Shown here piece by piece: positions 30,101-39,790 of a stretch of 64,000 bases of DNA (positions are counted from its first letter, which is position 1; each line of letters opens with the position of its first letter). The stretch is from a virus (Duplodnaviria > Caudoviricetes): positions 156,862 to 220,861 of the IMG/VR virus record IMGVR_UViG_3300014204_000111, one strand, 5' to 3'. The position numbers and the translations under genes were made by a program. Below the pieces are notes generated by a model. That model did not search any database and was not told the origin of the DNA. It saw nothing but the letters and a program-made list of their open reading frames with translations.

Positions 30101-33100
30101 GTAGGCTCTTCATTTAGTCCATATGTTGTTGAGCATACTATATTATCATCTCGTTTGCATGAAGTGCCTTCTATTGCTGATTGTCCTGAAAATCTACAGT
30201 TTGTTGTCAAATACGATAATACTGAAGAATATATGTCTATGTGTGGCTTAAAAGCACTATTAAGAGAAAAGATGGGCATTGCTGTAAGAGGTGATATAGA
30301 GGTATGGGAAGAAGCTATTATTAATCCTGGCTTATTATCATATAAAACTACAGCGAAAGTTATTAATAATCTTTCTGGTGGTTTATACGAATTTGGTCAA
30401 TATATGGATAACGGAGGTACATCTCCTAAATTTTGGAAATATCCTCTAGAAAATAGTAGAACAATTACTGCTTATGCTTATATGAATAGAAGCGCTAACT
30501 ACAGCGGAGAAGTGGAAAATCCTGGGTGGGAAAATTTACTAGAAAATAGTGGCGTAGGAGATTCATGGGAAACAGTTGATATTACTTTAGTTGGAGTAGG
30601 TACTGTTGAAGGACTTAAGGTAACTAATGAAATACCATGTAATATATCGGAAATAGATAAATATAAAGCATTATATGATACTAAAACTTTACCTCAAATA
30701 CTAGAAGTAGTAAATTATTATAACAAACATGATTTATCACCAAATGATGTAGAAATAACTCCTTCAACTGTTATTGGTGGATGGGAAGACTGGATAAGGT
30801 CTGCTGATGGAAGTTTTGAATCAGGATTTTATCAAACAACATATTTAGAAGAGCATTTAGAATCAGCTCTAGAAGTGGCACGTAGATGTGCGTTACTAGG
30901 AGTTTCTTACGATTTTTATCTTGATGAGTTAGATGTTCCAGAGCATATCTATATTACACCTATGAATCCAAATAATATTTGGAAAGTACACGGATTAAAT
31001 TACGATGTTGCTAACAATATTACTACTGGTCATAGTAATTTTATTTATCCGTATAATTATTTATATGGCTATTATAAAGATGATAGCTCTGAAACCAATG
31101 AAAGTAGTATTATGAATTTATTAAGACGAAAGGGTATTAAAATTGAAGATGAATATTTTACCTCTGGAACTCAGCAGATAGATTGTATCGTCACACCAAT
31201 TCCTTATACCTTTAGTTTTACATATAATGCTTCTGCTGTAGCTAATACTGTAGCTCGTAAGTGGTGGACTGGAGAAACAGAAATTTATAGAGCAGTTTAT
31301 GCTAAATACGCCTTACCCGAAGTTTATTCGCCATTTTTAGTCCTAGACATAGTAAGAGGAGATTATACATCATTAACAGAATACGGAACTGATGTAGACC
31401 CCGACTTTTATAATAATATTGGTAACGACGTTATATTAATTGTGAAGCCTTTTGATAATAGTTCATCTAGTGAAGTATTAAACTCTTTATCTCATTTATT
31501 AGCTAAAACTAATATTGACCCAACTAAACCTTATGATTATTTATTTGACAAATTTTATAACAAAGATGGACAGAGAAGATATCAAACATTAAAGTGGAAT
31601 CTTACTGCTTCAGTTGGATATGATGGCCCTTCACTTAAACAAAATATTTATAGAGGTTATTCTAGTAATCAATGTCGTACTGTTGGTCTAACAGAAAATG
31701 TATATACAGATAATAATAAAAAAATAGTAGATAAAGAAAGCGAAACAGAAGAAGCTACTATTTATCATCAAAAACCATTAATTATAGAAAATATAGATGG
31801 AGTTTATACTGACCGCTTATTTAATCAAGAAATTGCAGCTACTGAAAGTTATAAATTTGTATCTATTGAACCTAAATTAGGAACTATTATTTATAATTTA
31901 AATAGGTCAGGAAATATATATTCAGAGGGTTGGTATTACTATAATGGTTCTGAATGGATATTAGCTTCTTATATAAATGAACCTAAGAGTTTAGGATTTA
32001 TTGTAGACGTTAATTATCGATATACTTTAGATGGAGTTCCTGAAAATGGAGGAATTTTTCTCACTAAGACTCTATTTAAGGGAACTGAAAGTGGTGTTTT
32101 TGCACCTAATAAAGTAACAATAATTAAACCAACTACCTTTGCAATACCAAAATTACGAAGTTCAAATACTGATGCTATATTAGAGCAAGACGATTCTGAC
32201 TATAAATATGCCAAGCTCTTAATCCCTCCTACAGAATGGAAGAATAATCCTTCATATAATTTAGGTGATGGCGTTGTTGTTGCTTATAAAGAGAATGGAG
32301 AATTTGGAGTATATTCTACCGTAGAACAAACTAGTTATAACTTTACTATTTTAAATGAAATGCTTAAGTACTTCTTTGGAGGTACAAGTACATATTTTGC
32401 TGAGAACGGAGAATATACAGTTTATACTGGACTACATCAACCAGAGTGGCCTTTACCTAGAGATATGGAATTAATTCAAAAGAGTTCGTATGAATTAGAG
32501 TTAATTGATGATATGGTTCTTCTTGTCTTTATTGGTACTGCTTGTATTGAGATTATGTGTGGTAAAGGATTTGATATTAATAATCCTAAGAAAATTTATC
32601 ACAGATATTTAACTGAAGGTTGGAAAACTCCTTGGGGCAGTAATATTGCTAAAAAATATTATACTGATATTATTTTAGGAGAAGATTCTAACAACTTTAT
32701 TCAAGGTGACGAGAATAGAAATGCTGTACTATCTGCTCTTGCACCTGTAGTAATAGAAAATAGTGGATTTGATGTTGGTAATATTAGTAATGATATTTTG
32801 GAAAATCTTAAATTTTATTATTATGCAAAACCAACTAATATTGAAAATTTATATTCATTTAAAACAGCATATTCATTTGATGATGCTTCTGGGTCAAAGT
32901 ATAAAAGTGGAGATTCTTCATCTTTATACGTCTCTAATTTAGCCTCTCTCATCAATGACCAAGATAATAAGAGTCCTATTTTATATTCTGTTTATCTTGA
33001 ATTTCCTGTTGTAGATGATTTTAACTATATTAACTTTAAGTTAGATTTTAGTCATTTAATGCATTTAAAAAATGAGAATCAAAGTATTGCAGATTTTATA

Positions 33101-33823
33101 AATAATAAATTTACTGGTAGTGAATTTAATGTATCAGATAAAGGAAGATTAACTCTGAGAGATGGAGGGGCTAGATTATTTGATTCTATTGGTCTTATTG
33201 ATTTGCGTTACTATGATAGTAAAAATAATAAATGGATGAGTACTAATATAGTTGAAGAGTCAACAAGTCAAGGTTATTATAAACAAATTATAGCAGGTTA
33301 TAAATCTCAATCATTAGACCCGTTTGGTATAGTAAGAACTGCTCTTACCTTAGATGGTATGACATCTACTACAACTTTTGAAAAAAATTATAATCCATTT
33401 TTTGATTATGCTAATTCTACATTAACAATTGAAACTGGAGATAACGGAGAATTAGATTATTCTAATGTGACTATTAAATTAGCTGTCAAAGAAGGATTTA
33501 AAGAATTAGTAAAAAATGAATATATTATCGCTGATGAAAATACTCCTCTTATCTACGCCGTCTCCTTAACTGATAATTATTTTGAAGTTAAAGATAAAGA
33601 GATAAGGACAGACAAAATTTATAATAAAAAACTTATTTGGTTTGCTTCTCCGCCAATTGTTCAACATACTGGAGGAACAGATGATGTTATTCATATGTCT
33701 CAATTCAAAATTGATGATTCTATTTTTGGCCCATCTGACTTAACTGTTGCTCATGGAGCAGCATTACATGGACGCTATCCTCTGGATATACTAAGAGTTT
33801 TAAAAAGTTTATATCTAGAGTGA
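27131..33823 (+). CDS. Large 2230 aa virion structural protein (appendage-like)
   Basis: GGAGG upstream; 14-nt overlap with the previous gene; similar composition and modules (EPKLGTIIYN..GWYYYNGSEW). Confidence 0.78.
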   Translation: MLINNEFIPVIQKTSQTYRTIRTKNYGNFLGFETNTLIWDKNIDQGIRYFNYSQQPWWRGTYYNNLDGKFPFLPMGGNNFIDDLGIYTINEGTNFAQREMLYQKGDEDKGLDKSICLKWQKSLSSEKITQVQDIIPTDIPLVGGVLPYGTQNDLYKDTYIDISNNTSPIKPITYSKTSTSEAISYQDMYRIENSSLLPNNAFVDNKNINIEKRFSDEYGTPAILRLLPEYITPVVTDEPQHPAQFYSSLYGRLDGDTVIFLLHKNDIVYVGNNNTLGIELADAARTLKQGTQEVPSQGTAYAAEQGAWLTLGSGNSGGAKYHANDIVVITNDISGPLAGTFKSDTYSTPAIVRQTLATDRFSSPYNATVYLKGADYLYFNYDAIREQKYSNPIAQSKALSIGSVYYIQPVGLKNKNVSTGVYTDLNNDLYHIGLFPGMQLYSYATKDKVYPQTILDYKDATRYNIVTSCSDINADFNTSEYHYLNIILDSIEKNNAQLFSGSLLGCSTLDDTIQYIYTDKANTLDTILSLDLLGKSIFNTDTDLSSNNRAIIIGYGLGSACGHVITDFNNDAINFNDNIDKINYKKYILIIKWLIDDDGVYYLNSSSDMSSVAFSPSSLTFKTYDAIDFTGEVKDENSLATIKKDFVVLEASHPVYETDSNGVLYGGLQAIYIKELNSLPSEEIPYTIPDVKTANAIESGIRPGVILNVGQDIQCSESASADIINLGISPSVTCSTRRVHSPVELITAIVDYDDLGTLSELTWKDTNRPEYDDPYGAESMIPTVLAGYTHNYQSLAKGDSWRLYSENIFMDNYIENYLDSFPDDNYYDDIFAIDIYEWLVDNNKLIPSTQRAVSSIRDFIEKISDGEISFLIEGRNELPYMTLTDDILCYQVNGTYIWPASNVGYWSNGGFNTTTSVVNPWYFGTNDPSLINEEKGGIHVFDYEPVSSWRLVNLNDDISSGGLYQGYYNSTYMNSFTGQWYDSNHSLKNTVGSSFSPYVVEHTILSSRLHEVPSIADCPENLQFVVKYDNTEEYMSMCGLKALLREKMGIAVRGDIEVWEEAIINPGLLSYKTTAKVINNLSGGLYEFGQYMDNGGTSPKFWKYPLENSRTITAYAYMNRSANYSGEVENPGWENLLENSGVGDSWETVDITLVGVGTVEGLKVTNEIPCNISEIDKYKALYDTKTLPQILEVVNYYNKHDLSPNDVEITPSTVIGGWEDWIRSADGSFESGFYQTTYLEEHLESALEVARRCALLGVSYDFYLDELDVPEHIYITPMNPNNIWKVHGLNYDVANNITTGHSNFIYPYNYLYGYYKDDSSETNESSIMNLLRRKGIKIEDEYFTSGTQQIDCIVTPIPYTFSFTYNASAVANTVARKWWTGETEIYRAVYAKYALPEVYSPFLVLDIVRGDYTSLTEYGTDVDPDFYNNIGNDVILIVKPFDNSSSSEVLNSLSHLLAKTNIDPTKPYDYLFDKFYNKDGQRRYQTLKWNLTASVGYDGPSLKQNIYRGYSSNQCRTVGLTENVYTDNNKKIVDKESETEEATIYHQKPLIIENIDGVYTDRLFNQEIAATESYKFVSIEPKLGTIIYNLNRSGNIYSEGWYYYNGSEWILASYINEPKSLGFIVDVNYRYTLDGVPENGGIFLTKTLFKGTESGVFAPNKVTIIKPTTFAIPKLRSSNTDAILEQDDSDYKYAKLLIPPTEWKNNPSYNLGDGVVVAYKENGEFGVYSTVEQTSYNFTILNEMLKYFFGGTSTYFAENGEYTVYTGLHQPEWPLPRDMELIQKSSYELELIDDMVLLVFIGTACIEIMCGKGFDINNPKKIYHRYLTEGWKTPWGSNIAKKYYTDIILGEDSNNFIQGDENRNAVLSALAPVVIENSGFDVGNISNDILENLKFYYYAKPTNIENLYSFKTAYSFDDASGSKYKSGDSSSLYVSNLASLINDQDNKSPILYSVYLEFPVVDDFNYINFKLDFSHLMHLKNENQSIADFINNKFTGSEFNVSDKGRLTLRDGGARLFDSIGLIDLRYYDSKNNKWMSTNIVEESTSQGYYKQIIAGYKSQSLDPFGIVRTALTLDGMTSTTTFEKNYNPFFDYANSTLTIETGDNGELDYSNVTIKLAVKEGFKELVKNEYIIADENTPLIYAVSLTDNYFEVKDKEIRTDKIYNKKLIWFASPPIVQHTGGTDDVIHMSQFKIDDSIFGPSDLTVAHGAALHGRYPLDILRVLKSLYLE

Positions 33824-33852
33824 TAATAATGAACAAAAGAGGTGTTTAAACA

Positions 33853-35277
33853 ATGTGGAAAGAATATAATATAACCAATGCTAATTCAGAATTTACTGCG
33901 GAAGATTTTACTTTATTACAAAATCATTATCTTAAGCAAATAATTCGTCATAATCATCCGGTTATTAAAGCAGATAATATAAAAATTAGTGAAATGAGCG
34001 AGGAGCAAAATCCAGTTGGATTAGTAACTCCTATAGATGATTCTGTTTTAACTTGGCAAGACCATGTAAATTTAGCTCATACAAAAACTTTGACTGGAGG
34101 AAGATTGTTAGCAAGGGGTTATACTGTACCAATAAAGGCGAGATTTGTTATTACAACACCAATTATGGATTCTACTGCCAACTTACCATTTCCAACCTAT
34201 AATATGTCCACCGAAACTATTAACAAAAGTATTGCTTCTTCGGATGTTATGGAACAAGTTCCTCCGAATAGACATGACCATTCAGCTTACACTAATTACA
34301 GACATTATTTATGGATATTACCTATGAACAGTGTATGCCAAATACATCCATCACATAAGACTCTTATATCAGGTGATATTGGTAGTCTTGTTTTTTCCCA
34401 TATTCCTTTATATATACATCCATCTAATACAGATTTACTAAAGTCTATAATGGATTCGACTAATACACCTAATTATCGAGGATTAACATATATTCCTGAT
34501 TATGCTGAAGAAAAAATTTGGTCTTTGACTGATGATTCGACATGTTGGATGACGGGGTATAAGCCAATTGTAGCTAATAATAATAAAGATATTATGCTAT
34601 TTTTTAATGATTATTATAACGAATTTAACCAAATTTTATCTATTTTGAATTATGAAGAACAATTTAGAGAGTATATGTTTAGATTGGAAAAATCGGTAGG
34701 TAATGTAACACGACTAGAAAATACAGATATATCAGATATTACAAAGTTGATGGAATCAAAAAGAATTGATGTTTTAGATGCTCCAGAGCACAGTGGAATT
34801 ATTTTTGATAGTATTAAGAAAAAATATTCTCCTTTCTCTTTATTTGAATATAATTTTAAAACTGACAGAGTAAGTGATAGACTGAAAGATACACTAATAG
34901 AATCGTGTATGGAGAAACAAGCTAAAAATGTTACTTTCTATACTAAGGGATTATCTAATTTCACTAGCGTAATAGAAGAAAGTGAATTTTTACACGATTT
35001 ATATATTCCCTCATATTTTGAAGATGGATATAGACAATGTTTAATTTTAACAGGAGAATTAGGAGTTTCGTCTCGTTCTTTTAAAAAATTACACAAAGGA
35101 AGAGTTATGTTAGCTTATCAAATTATTGATGGCTTTATTTCTGTTCCTTATGAAATTTACTCTTATGATACTAAATCTACTGGTACAACAAGTAATGAAA
35201 TATTAGCTGGAACTTCAGTAGGAAAAAGTATTACAGATGTTACAAGAATGGATACCACAGAAACTTTATGTAAATAA
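33853..35277 (+). CDS. Putative structural protein (474 aa) sharing an N-terminal LQ...HxH motif with 13492 and 38228
   Basis: GAGGTG RBS; FTAEDFTLLQNHYLKQIIRHNH. Confidence 0.7.
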   Translation: MWKEYNITNANSEFTAEDFTLLQNHYLKQIIRHNHPVIKADNIKISEMSEEQNPVGLVTPIDDSVLTWQDHVNLAHTKTLTGGRLLARGYTVPIKARFVITTPIMDSTANLPFPTYNMSTETINKSIASSDVMEQVPPNRHDHSAYTNYRHYLWILPMNSVCQIHPSHKTLISGDIGSLVFSHIPLYIHPSNTDLLKSIMDSTNTPNYRGLTYIPDYAEEKIWSLTDDSTCWMTGYKPIVANNNKDIMLFFNDYYNEFNQILSILNYEEQFREYMFRLEKSVGNVTRLENTDISDITKLMESKRIDVLDAPEHSGIIFDSIKKKYSPFSLFEYNFKTDRVSDRLKDTLIESCMEKQAKNVTFYTKGLSNFTSVIEESEFLHDLYIPSYFEDGYRQCLILTGELGVSSRSFKKLHKGRVMLAYQIIDGFISVPYEIYSYDTKSTGTTSNEILAGTSVGKSITDVTRMDTTETLCK

Positions 35278-36692
35278 TGTCACTTAAAACTCCCATAGAT
35301 TTCAAAGATAATATTGTAGCAACAGAAATTAATTGCAATGACCCGATAATACATGAGGCAATATACCAATCGGGTCAATGCCACCCCTCTTTTGACCAAA
35401 GAGGTGTGTCAAATATTACAGACCCAAATGTAATAAAAGAACCAGACCCTATTGTATATGATGATATCACTATTACAGAAACAATTCATAAATGTGATTG
35501 TGATAGATTTATTTTAGATACTCCAAACTTAGAGACATGTTTAGATTTAAATGGCAACATTATACTTAAATGGAACGGTATACCTTGTGCTACAGCATAT
35601 GAGATTTATAGAGATGGAGCTACAACTCCTACAGTAATTCTTCCAGGCTCTTCACTTCATTATGTTGATATTGATATAACAGATATTAATCCTCATACAT
35701 ATACAATAAGAGCTTTACGATATACTACAGAATCTATTGGTTTAACAGAATGCACAGAAGAAGCCTTAACAGAGACTAATCCTTGTCTTATTGATGATAA
35801 TTATCTAATGGGAAGTGTTACTGGCCCTTACTCTAGTTTATTATCAGGATTAGTTACCACAGACCCAAATGGTACAGCAATTGCTTTTGCTAGAATTGAT
35901 GATACATCTATTAATGGAAAAATAAATTTTTATTTCTCAGATAGTACAGAGATTACTACTCATACTACTAATCCTGATAATATTTGGACTTCTCATACTA
36001 TTACAACAAATATTGGTTCTGGTATTGCTCAAGATTATCCTAATGCTGAAGAGACAAATATATCTTATACTAGACATAGTGAAAGACCTTTGCTAGCTTA
36101 TGTTGATAATATAAATAAATCTATTCATTTATCTATGGCTATATCGAAAGATTATCAAACATCTTCTAGTGATTGGGTTAATATGCAAGCATTTGGATTT
36201 GGGAATATAGGAGATGATAACTATATTACTGAATTAGTAATTAAGTGTTGGGATTATGAAGTAATGGATATGTTATACATTATTAATGATACCGCAGTAT
36301 ATTATGCTTATTCTACTGATTTAGGAACAACATGGAATGCTTATCAAGTTACAACGGCAGAACACGGAACTTGCTCTATTTGGTTATTTTATCATGAAAC
36401 TACTTTTGGAAAACCTAGTTTTATTTTATCTACTACTGATGTAACAACTACTTATCAAAAATGGCAGAGTACTACACAATTTATTTCTCCATTTTATGAA
36501 CTTCCAACTTATGAAACTAAATGGGAAAAAGATGGTGTATTGAAAAGTGATACTACTACATTCGAAGCATTAAAAATATATAACTTAGAGGATTGTGGTG
36601 TTCAAGGATATGGTTCTTGTTACTCTTATGAAATTGTTGCAAGAATAGTTGGAGAATCACTTTACTATGAAATGATAGCGATTGACGCATAA
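35277..36692 (+). CDS. Putative appendage or receptor-binding protein with an Fn3-like domain and Asp-box/beta-propeller region
   Basis: IILKWNG..ATAYEIYRDG...YVD......HTYTIRA (Fn3-like); YSTDLGTTW (BNR/Asp-box). Confidence 0.72.
   Translation: MSLKTPIDFKDNIVATEINCNDPIIHEAIYQSGQCHPSFDQRGVSNITDPNVIKEPDPIVYDDITITETIHKCDCDRFILDTPNLETCLDLNGNIILKWNGIPCATAYEIYRDGATTPTVILPGSSLHYVDIDITDINPHTYTIRALRYTTESIGLTECTEEALTETNPCLIDDNYLMGSVTGPYSSLLSGLVTTDPNGTAIAFARIDDTSINGKINFYFSDSTEITTHTTNPDNIWTSHTITTNIGSGIAQDYPNAEETNISYTRHSERPLLAYVDNINKSIHLSMAISKDYQTSSSDWVNMQAFGFGNIGDDNYITELVIKCWDYEVMDMLYIINDTAVYYAYSTDLGTTWNAYQVTTAEHGTCSIWLFYHETTFGKPSFILSTTDVTTTYQKWQSTTQFISPFYELPTYETKWEKDGVLKSDTTTFEALKIYNLEDCGVQGYGSCYSYEIVARIVGESLYYEMIAIDA
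35346..35438 (+). repeat. 93-bp exact direct repeat, copy 1
   Basis: Identical to 36734..36826; encodes IIHEAIYQSGQCHPSFDQRGVSNITDPNVIK. Confidence 0.95.
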
Positions 36693-37321
36693 TGACAGAT
36701 ATAATCATTCCCGAAATTAAATGTGAAGATATAATAATACATGAGGCAATATACCAATCGGGTCAATGCCACCCCTCTTTTGACCAAAGAGGTGTGTCAA
36801 ATATTACAGACCCAAATGTAATAAAACCAGAAGAACCGACTCATAAAAATCCAACGAGAACATATATGATAACAGAGATAATAGATTGCTGTAAATTTAT
36901 AGCTAGTAACTTTGCTCCTGAAGTAATAAATCAAAGAGAAGAACCAGGAAGTAGTTCATCTAGTAGTTCATCTAGTAGTTCTTCTAGTTCATCTAGTTCT
37001 TCGAGTAGTTCATCTAGCTCTTCTAGTAGCTCATCATCTAGTTCCTCTAGTAGCTCTGAAAGTACTCCTGGGAGTCCAGTATCACAATATTTAATATCAG
37101 TGACCAGAACACCTGTTGATGCTTCGGAAGCAGAAATAATACAAAGTGATGATTGTACATATTTAATTGCTAGATTAAATTCTGACAATATTCCTGATGA
37201 AATTTGTTCTGGTGGAACTCTTCTTAATGAAATTGCTCATTTAGAAACAAGAACAGAAATAACTACATCTTATATTTTTGATAATGATGGTCAAAGAGTA
37301 TCATTTACGGCGGTATTATAA
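36692..37321 (+). CDS. Putative structural protein with a duplicated N-terminus and a poly-serine tract
   Basis: Shares 31 identical codons with 35277; 36-Ser run; TAATG-coupled at both ends. Confidence 0.75.
   Translation: MTDIIIPEIKCEDIIIHEAIYQSGQCHPSFDQRGVSNITDPNVIKPEEPTHKNPTRTYMITEIIDCCKFIASNFAPEVINQREEPGSSSSSSSSSSSSSSSSSSSSSSSSSSSSSSSSSSSSESTPGSPVSQYLISVTRTPVDASEAEIIQSDDCTYLIARLNSDNIPDEICSGGTLLNEIAHLETRTEITTSYIFDNDGQRVSFTAVL
36734..36826 (+). repeat. 93-bp exact direct repeat, copy 2
   Basis: Identical to 35346..35438. Confidence 0.95.
36950..37057 (+). repeat. Poly-serine coding tract (36 codons)
   Basis: 108 nt made of mixed AGT/TCA/TCT/TCG/AGC/TCC codons. Confidence 0.95.
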
Positions 37322-38226
37322 TGAAATCTTATGCATTTGTGTCAAGCCAATATTTGAATGGTTATTATGGGCTAAGGTATATAATTTCAGATGGTTCAAT
37401 GAATTATGAAAAATATACGGTTTATCATGGAGCTACTTCACGTATCGATTTAGTACAAAGTACTACTGTTACAACAACAGAAGTAGTGCCTGTTTGTGTT
37501 TGGATAGAAGGAAGTACGTTACGTTTTGGTTCATCTAGTAACGGTATGAATATTATAACAGAATCAAAATTTAATGTACATACTATTGTTGCTTCGGGTG
37601 TAACAGAAGGATTAGCACTAACTTATGTTGGAGGATTACCTGTTATTGTATATGCTACTTCTTCTTCTCTTCATTTATTAGTGGGTCAATCAGCATTACC
37701 AACTAATGCTGGAGAATGGAATACATATGATATTACTCCTGGTGGAAGTACAATTTCCTGTAGAGGAATTAGTATTATCGAAAAAGATTCTACAACATTA
37801 CTCTTAACTATGAAAAATAGAACAGACAATAAATTATATTACGGAGTTATTACTACTTCTGGAGTATCTACTTATCATGATGTTATCTCTGTTGGAACTA
37901 CTGGAGCTGAATCATCAATGGGTGATGGTATTAGAATTTGGCAAAATGTTCCAGTAATAATAACAACATATAATAATGGAACTACTAGGGCGCAAGTAAT
38001 ATTTCTTAAAGCAAACAATGAAACTCCAACTTCTTCGTCAGATTGGGTAAATGATATAGTAGCAGACACAATTGACCCAACTTGGGGTTATATTAATAAT
38101 GGATTTGGAAGAGCATGTTTTAGCCCAGGTGTGGCTAATAATGCAACATTATTATATGGCAGTTTTTCACAAAATGCTGCCAACAGTAATATTAATATTT
38201 TTACAGTAGTAGCAACGGTGGTTTAA
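37321..38226 (+). CDS. Putative beta-propeller structural protein (301 aa)
   Basis: Repeated blade-like units (G.PVIVY, PTNAGEWNTYDI, PTSSSDWVND); TSSSDWVN is shared with 35277. Confidence 0.65.
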   Translation: MKSYAFVSSQYLNGYYGLRYIISDGSMNYEKYTVYHGATSRIDLVQSTTVTTTEVVPVCVWIEGSTLRFGSSSNGMNIITESKFNVHTIVASGVTEGLALTYVGGLPVIVYATSSSLHLLVGQSALPTNAGEWNTYDITPGGSTISCRGISIIEKDSTTLLLTMKNRTDNKLYYGVITTSGVSTYHDVISVGTTGAESSMGDGIRIWQNVPVIITTYNNGTTRAQVIFLKANNETPTSSSDWVNDIVADTIDPTWGYINNGFGRACFSPGVANNATLLYGSFSQNAANSNINIFTVVATVV

Positions 38227-38227
38227 A

Positions 38228-39790
38228 GTGATACCTAATAAACAAATTTTTGTTCATGGAGATACAATAACAAACATCCATATGAACACTTTACAAACTA
38301 ATTTTGAGTTATGGATGGCTAATCATTATCATGTTCATCGTTCCATTCCTGTATTAACAATTCGTTCTGATTCAAAACTAACAGAATTAATAGCTGAAGA
38401 TGACTTTTTATATAATTTTACTAATTATCAAATTAATAGCGACTACTCATTTATAGATGATACTTACGATTTCGTTGTTTTACAGTTAACTAAGTTATCG
38501 GATATGTATAATAAATCTATTTTACTCGGAAAAGAAAATTTAATATTAAAAGATATTCTTTTCAGTTATACAGATTCATATAGAATTACAGATGATATTA
38601 TCGAATTAATTATTAAAAATCCTATATTTACAGAAGATAATTTAGACATAATCATTACAGTTCCTCAATTAGTAACAAATGATGAATTTGAATTCGATGG
38701 AGATATTTATAATCAAAAACCACAGACTATTCATATTAATAAGGCTTTATTAGCTTCATTTGAAGTAGTTACTGTTGATACTCCATCATTAAATACTCTT
38801 TACTTAAATATAGATACATTAACCAACGCATTTGTTGGTATACCTTCTACTCCAATTATATTAGAGAGTATTATAGATGATAGTGCAAAATCGGCACTAA
38901 ATCATATATCAGATTTAACAAAACATTTTAATGTACTTGCTCCTGAATCAGGATTAATAGAAACAGCTAAATATAATCAATTTGCAACTCCAAATTGGAC
39001 TAAAGAGCACCCATTATATACTGATAGTAAATTTCTTATCTCTTCAAATGATAAAACATTAAGTCTTAATATTATTAAAGATGAATTAAATACTAACAAA
39101 GCTACTGTAACTATTGCTAACGAAAGACCTTTAGATGCTATGTTCAGAGGCTCTTCATCTAATCCTAACTGGTTAAGAGGTAGTTATTTTTCTGGTGAAG
39201 AGAGAAGCGATGTTGATATATTAAGGTCTGTCATTCAAGATACATATAACTATGAAGTTGAAGCAAATGAAACGAGTAATATAATTCAGACTTTTTCTAA
39301 ACAACAAAATGTTCCAGTTGCTAATGTTATTACTTCTCCAAATTCTATATGGCACGAAGCTTCATTTGAAAACAGAGTTTTAAGATTAGTAAAAAATAAT
39401 AATGTTTCAGTGGAACCTGGAAATGTTATGTTTAGAATGCCTATTATGATTAGATTGGCTCCAAACACACGAAATAAAAGTTATATGTACAGTTATTTTT
39501 ACGGGAAAAAGAAAAATAATTTAAATAAATCATATTTAGGTGGATATAAGGGACAAGGATTATATTATAATAGTAAATCAGATTTAATATTTAATATTAG
39601 TAAAGAAATGTTTTTTGAAAAAATTCTTATCTTAGGTTCTCCATATGAGTGCTTTAATATGGGAGCTGAACATGTTTATACAAGTATGATTGAAAAAGAT
39701 TATTCCAATCCTACTGCTAATTTTAATGGTTTTTATATCAAAGAAAGAAGTCTTTCAGAAATTAGAAAAGAAGAAACAAAGGAAATATAA
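38228..39790 (+). CDS. Putative structural protein (520 aa) with the shared N-terminal anchor motif
   Basis: PNKQIFVHGDTITNIHMNTLQTNFELWMANHYH aligns by eye with the 4550 aa N-terminus. Confidence 0.7.
   Translation: MIPNKQIFVHGDTITNIHMNTLQTNFELWMANHYHVHRSIPVLTIRSDSKLTELIAEDDFLYNFTNYQINSDYSFIDDTYDFVVLQLTKLSDMYNKSILLGKENLILKDILFSYTDSYRITDDIIELIIKNPIFTEDNLDIIITVPQLVTNDEFEFDGDIYNQKPQTIHINKALLASFEVVTVDTPSLNTLYLNIDTLTNAFVGIPSTPIILESIIDDSAKSALNHISDLTKHFNVLAPESGLIETAKYNQFATPNWTKEHPLYTDSKFLISSNDKTLSLNIIKDELNTNKATVTIANERPLDAMFRGSSSNPNWLRGSYFSGEERSDVDILRSVIQDTYNYEVEANETSNIIQTFSKQQNVPVANVITSPNSIWHEASFENRVLRLVKNNNVSVEPGNVMFRMPIMIRLAPNTRNKSYMYSYFYGKKKNNLNKSYLGGYKGQGLYYNSKSDLIFNISKEMFFEKILILGSPYECFNMGAEHVYTSMIEKDYSNPTANFNGFYIKERSLSEIRKEETKEI

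Noticed and set aside
35346-36826. Diversity-generating retroelement TR/VR pair
   Set aside because: The two copies are identical with no adenine-specific mismatches, they lie at N-termini, and no reverse transcriptase is in the window.
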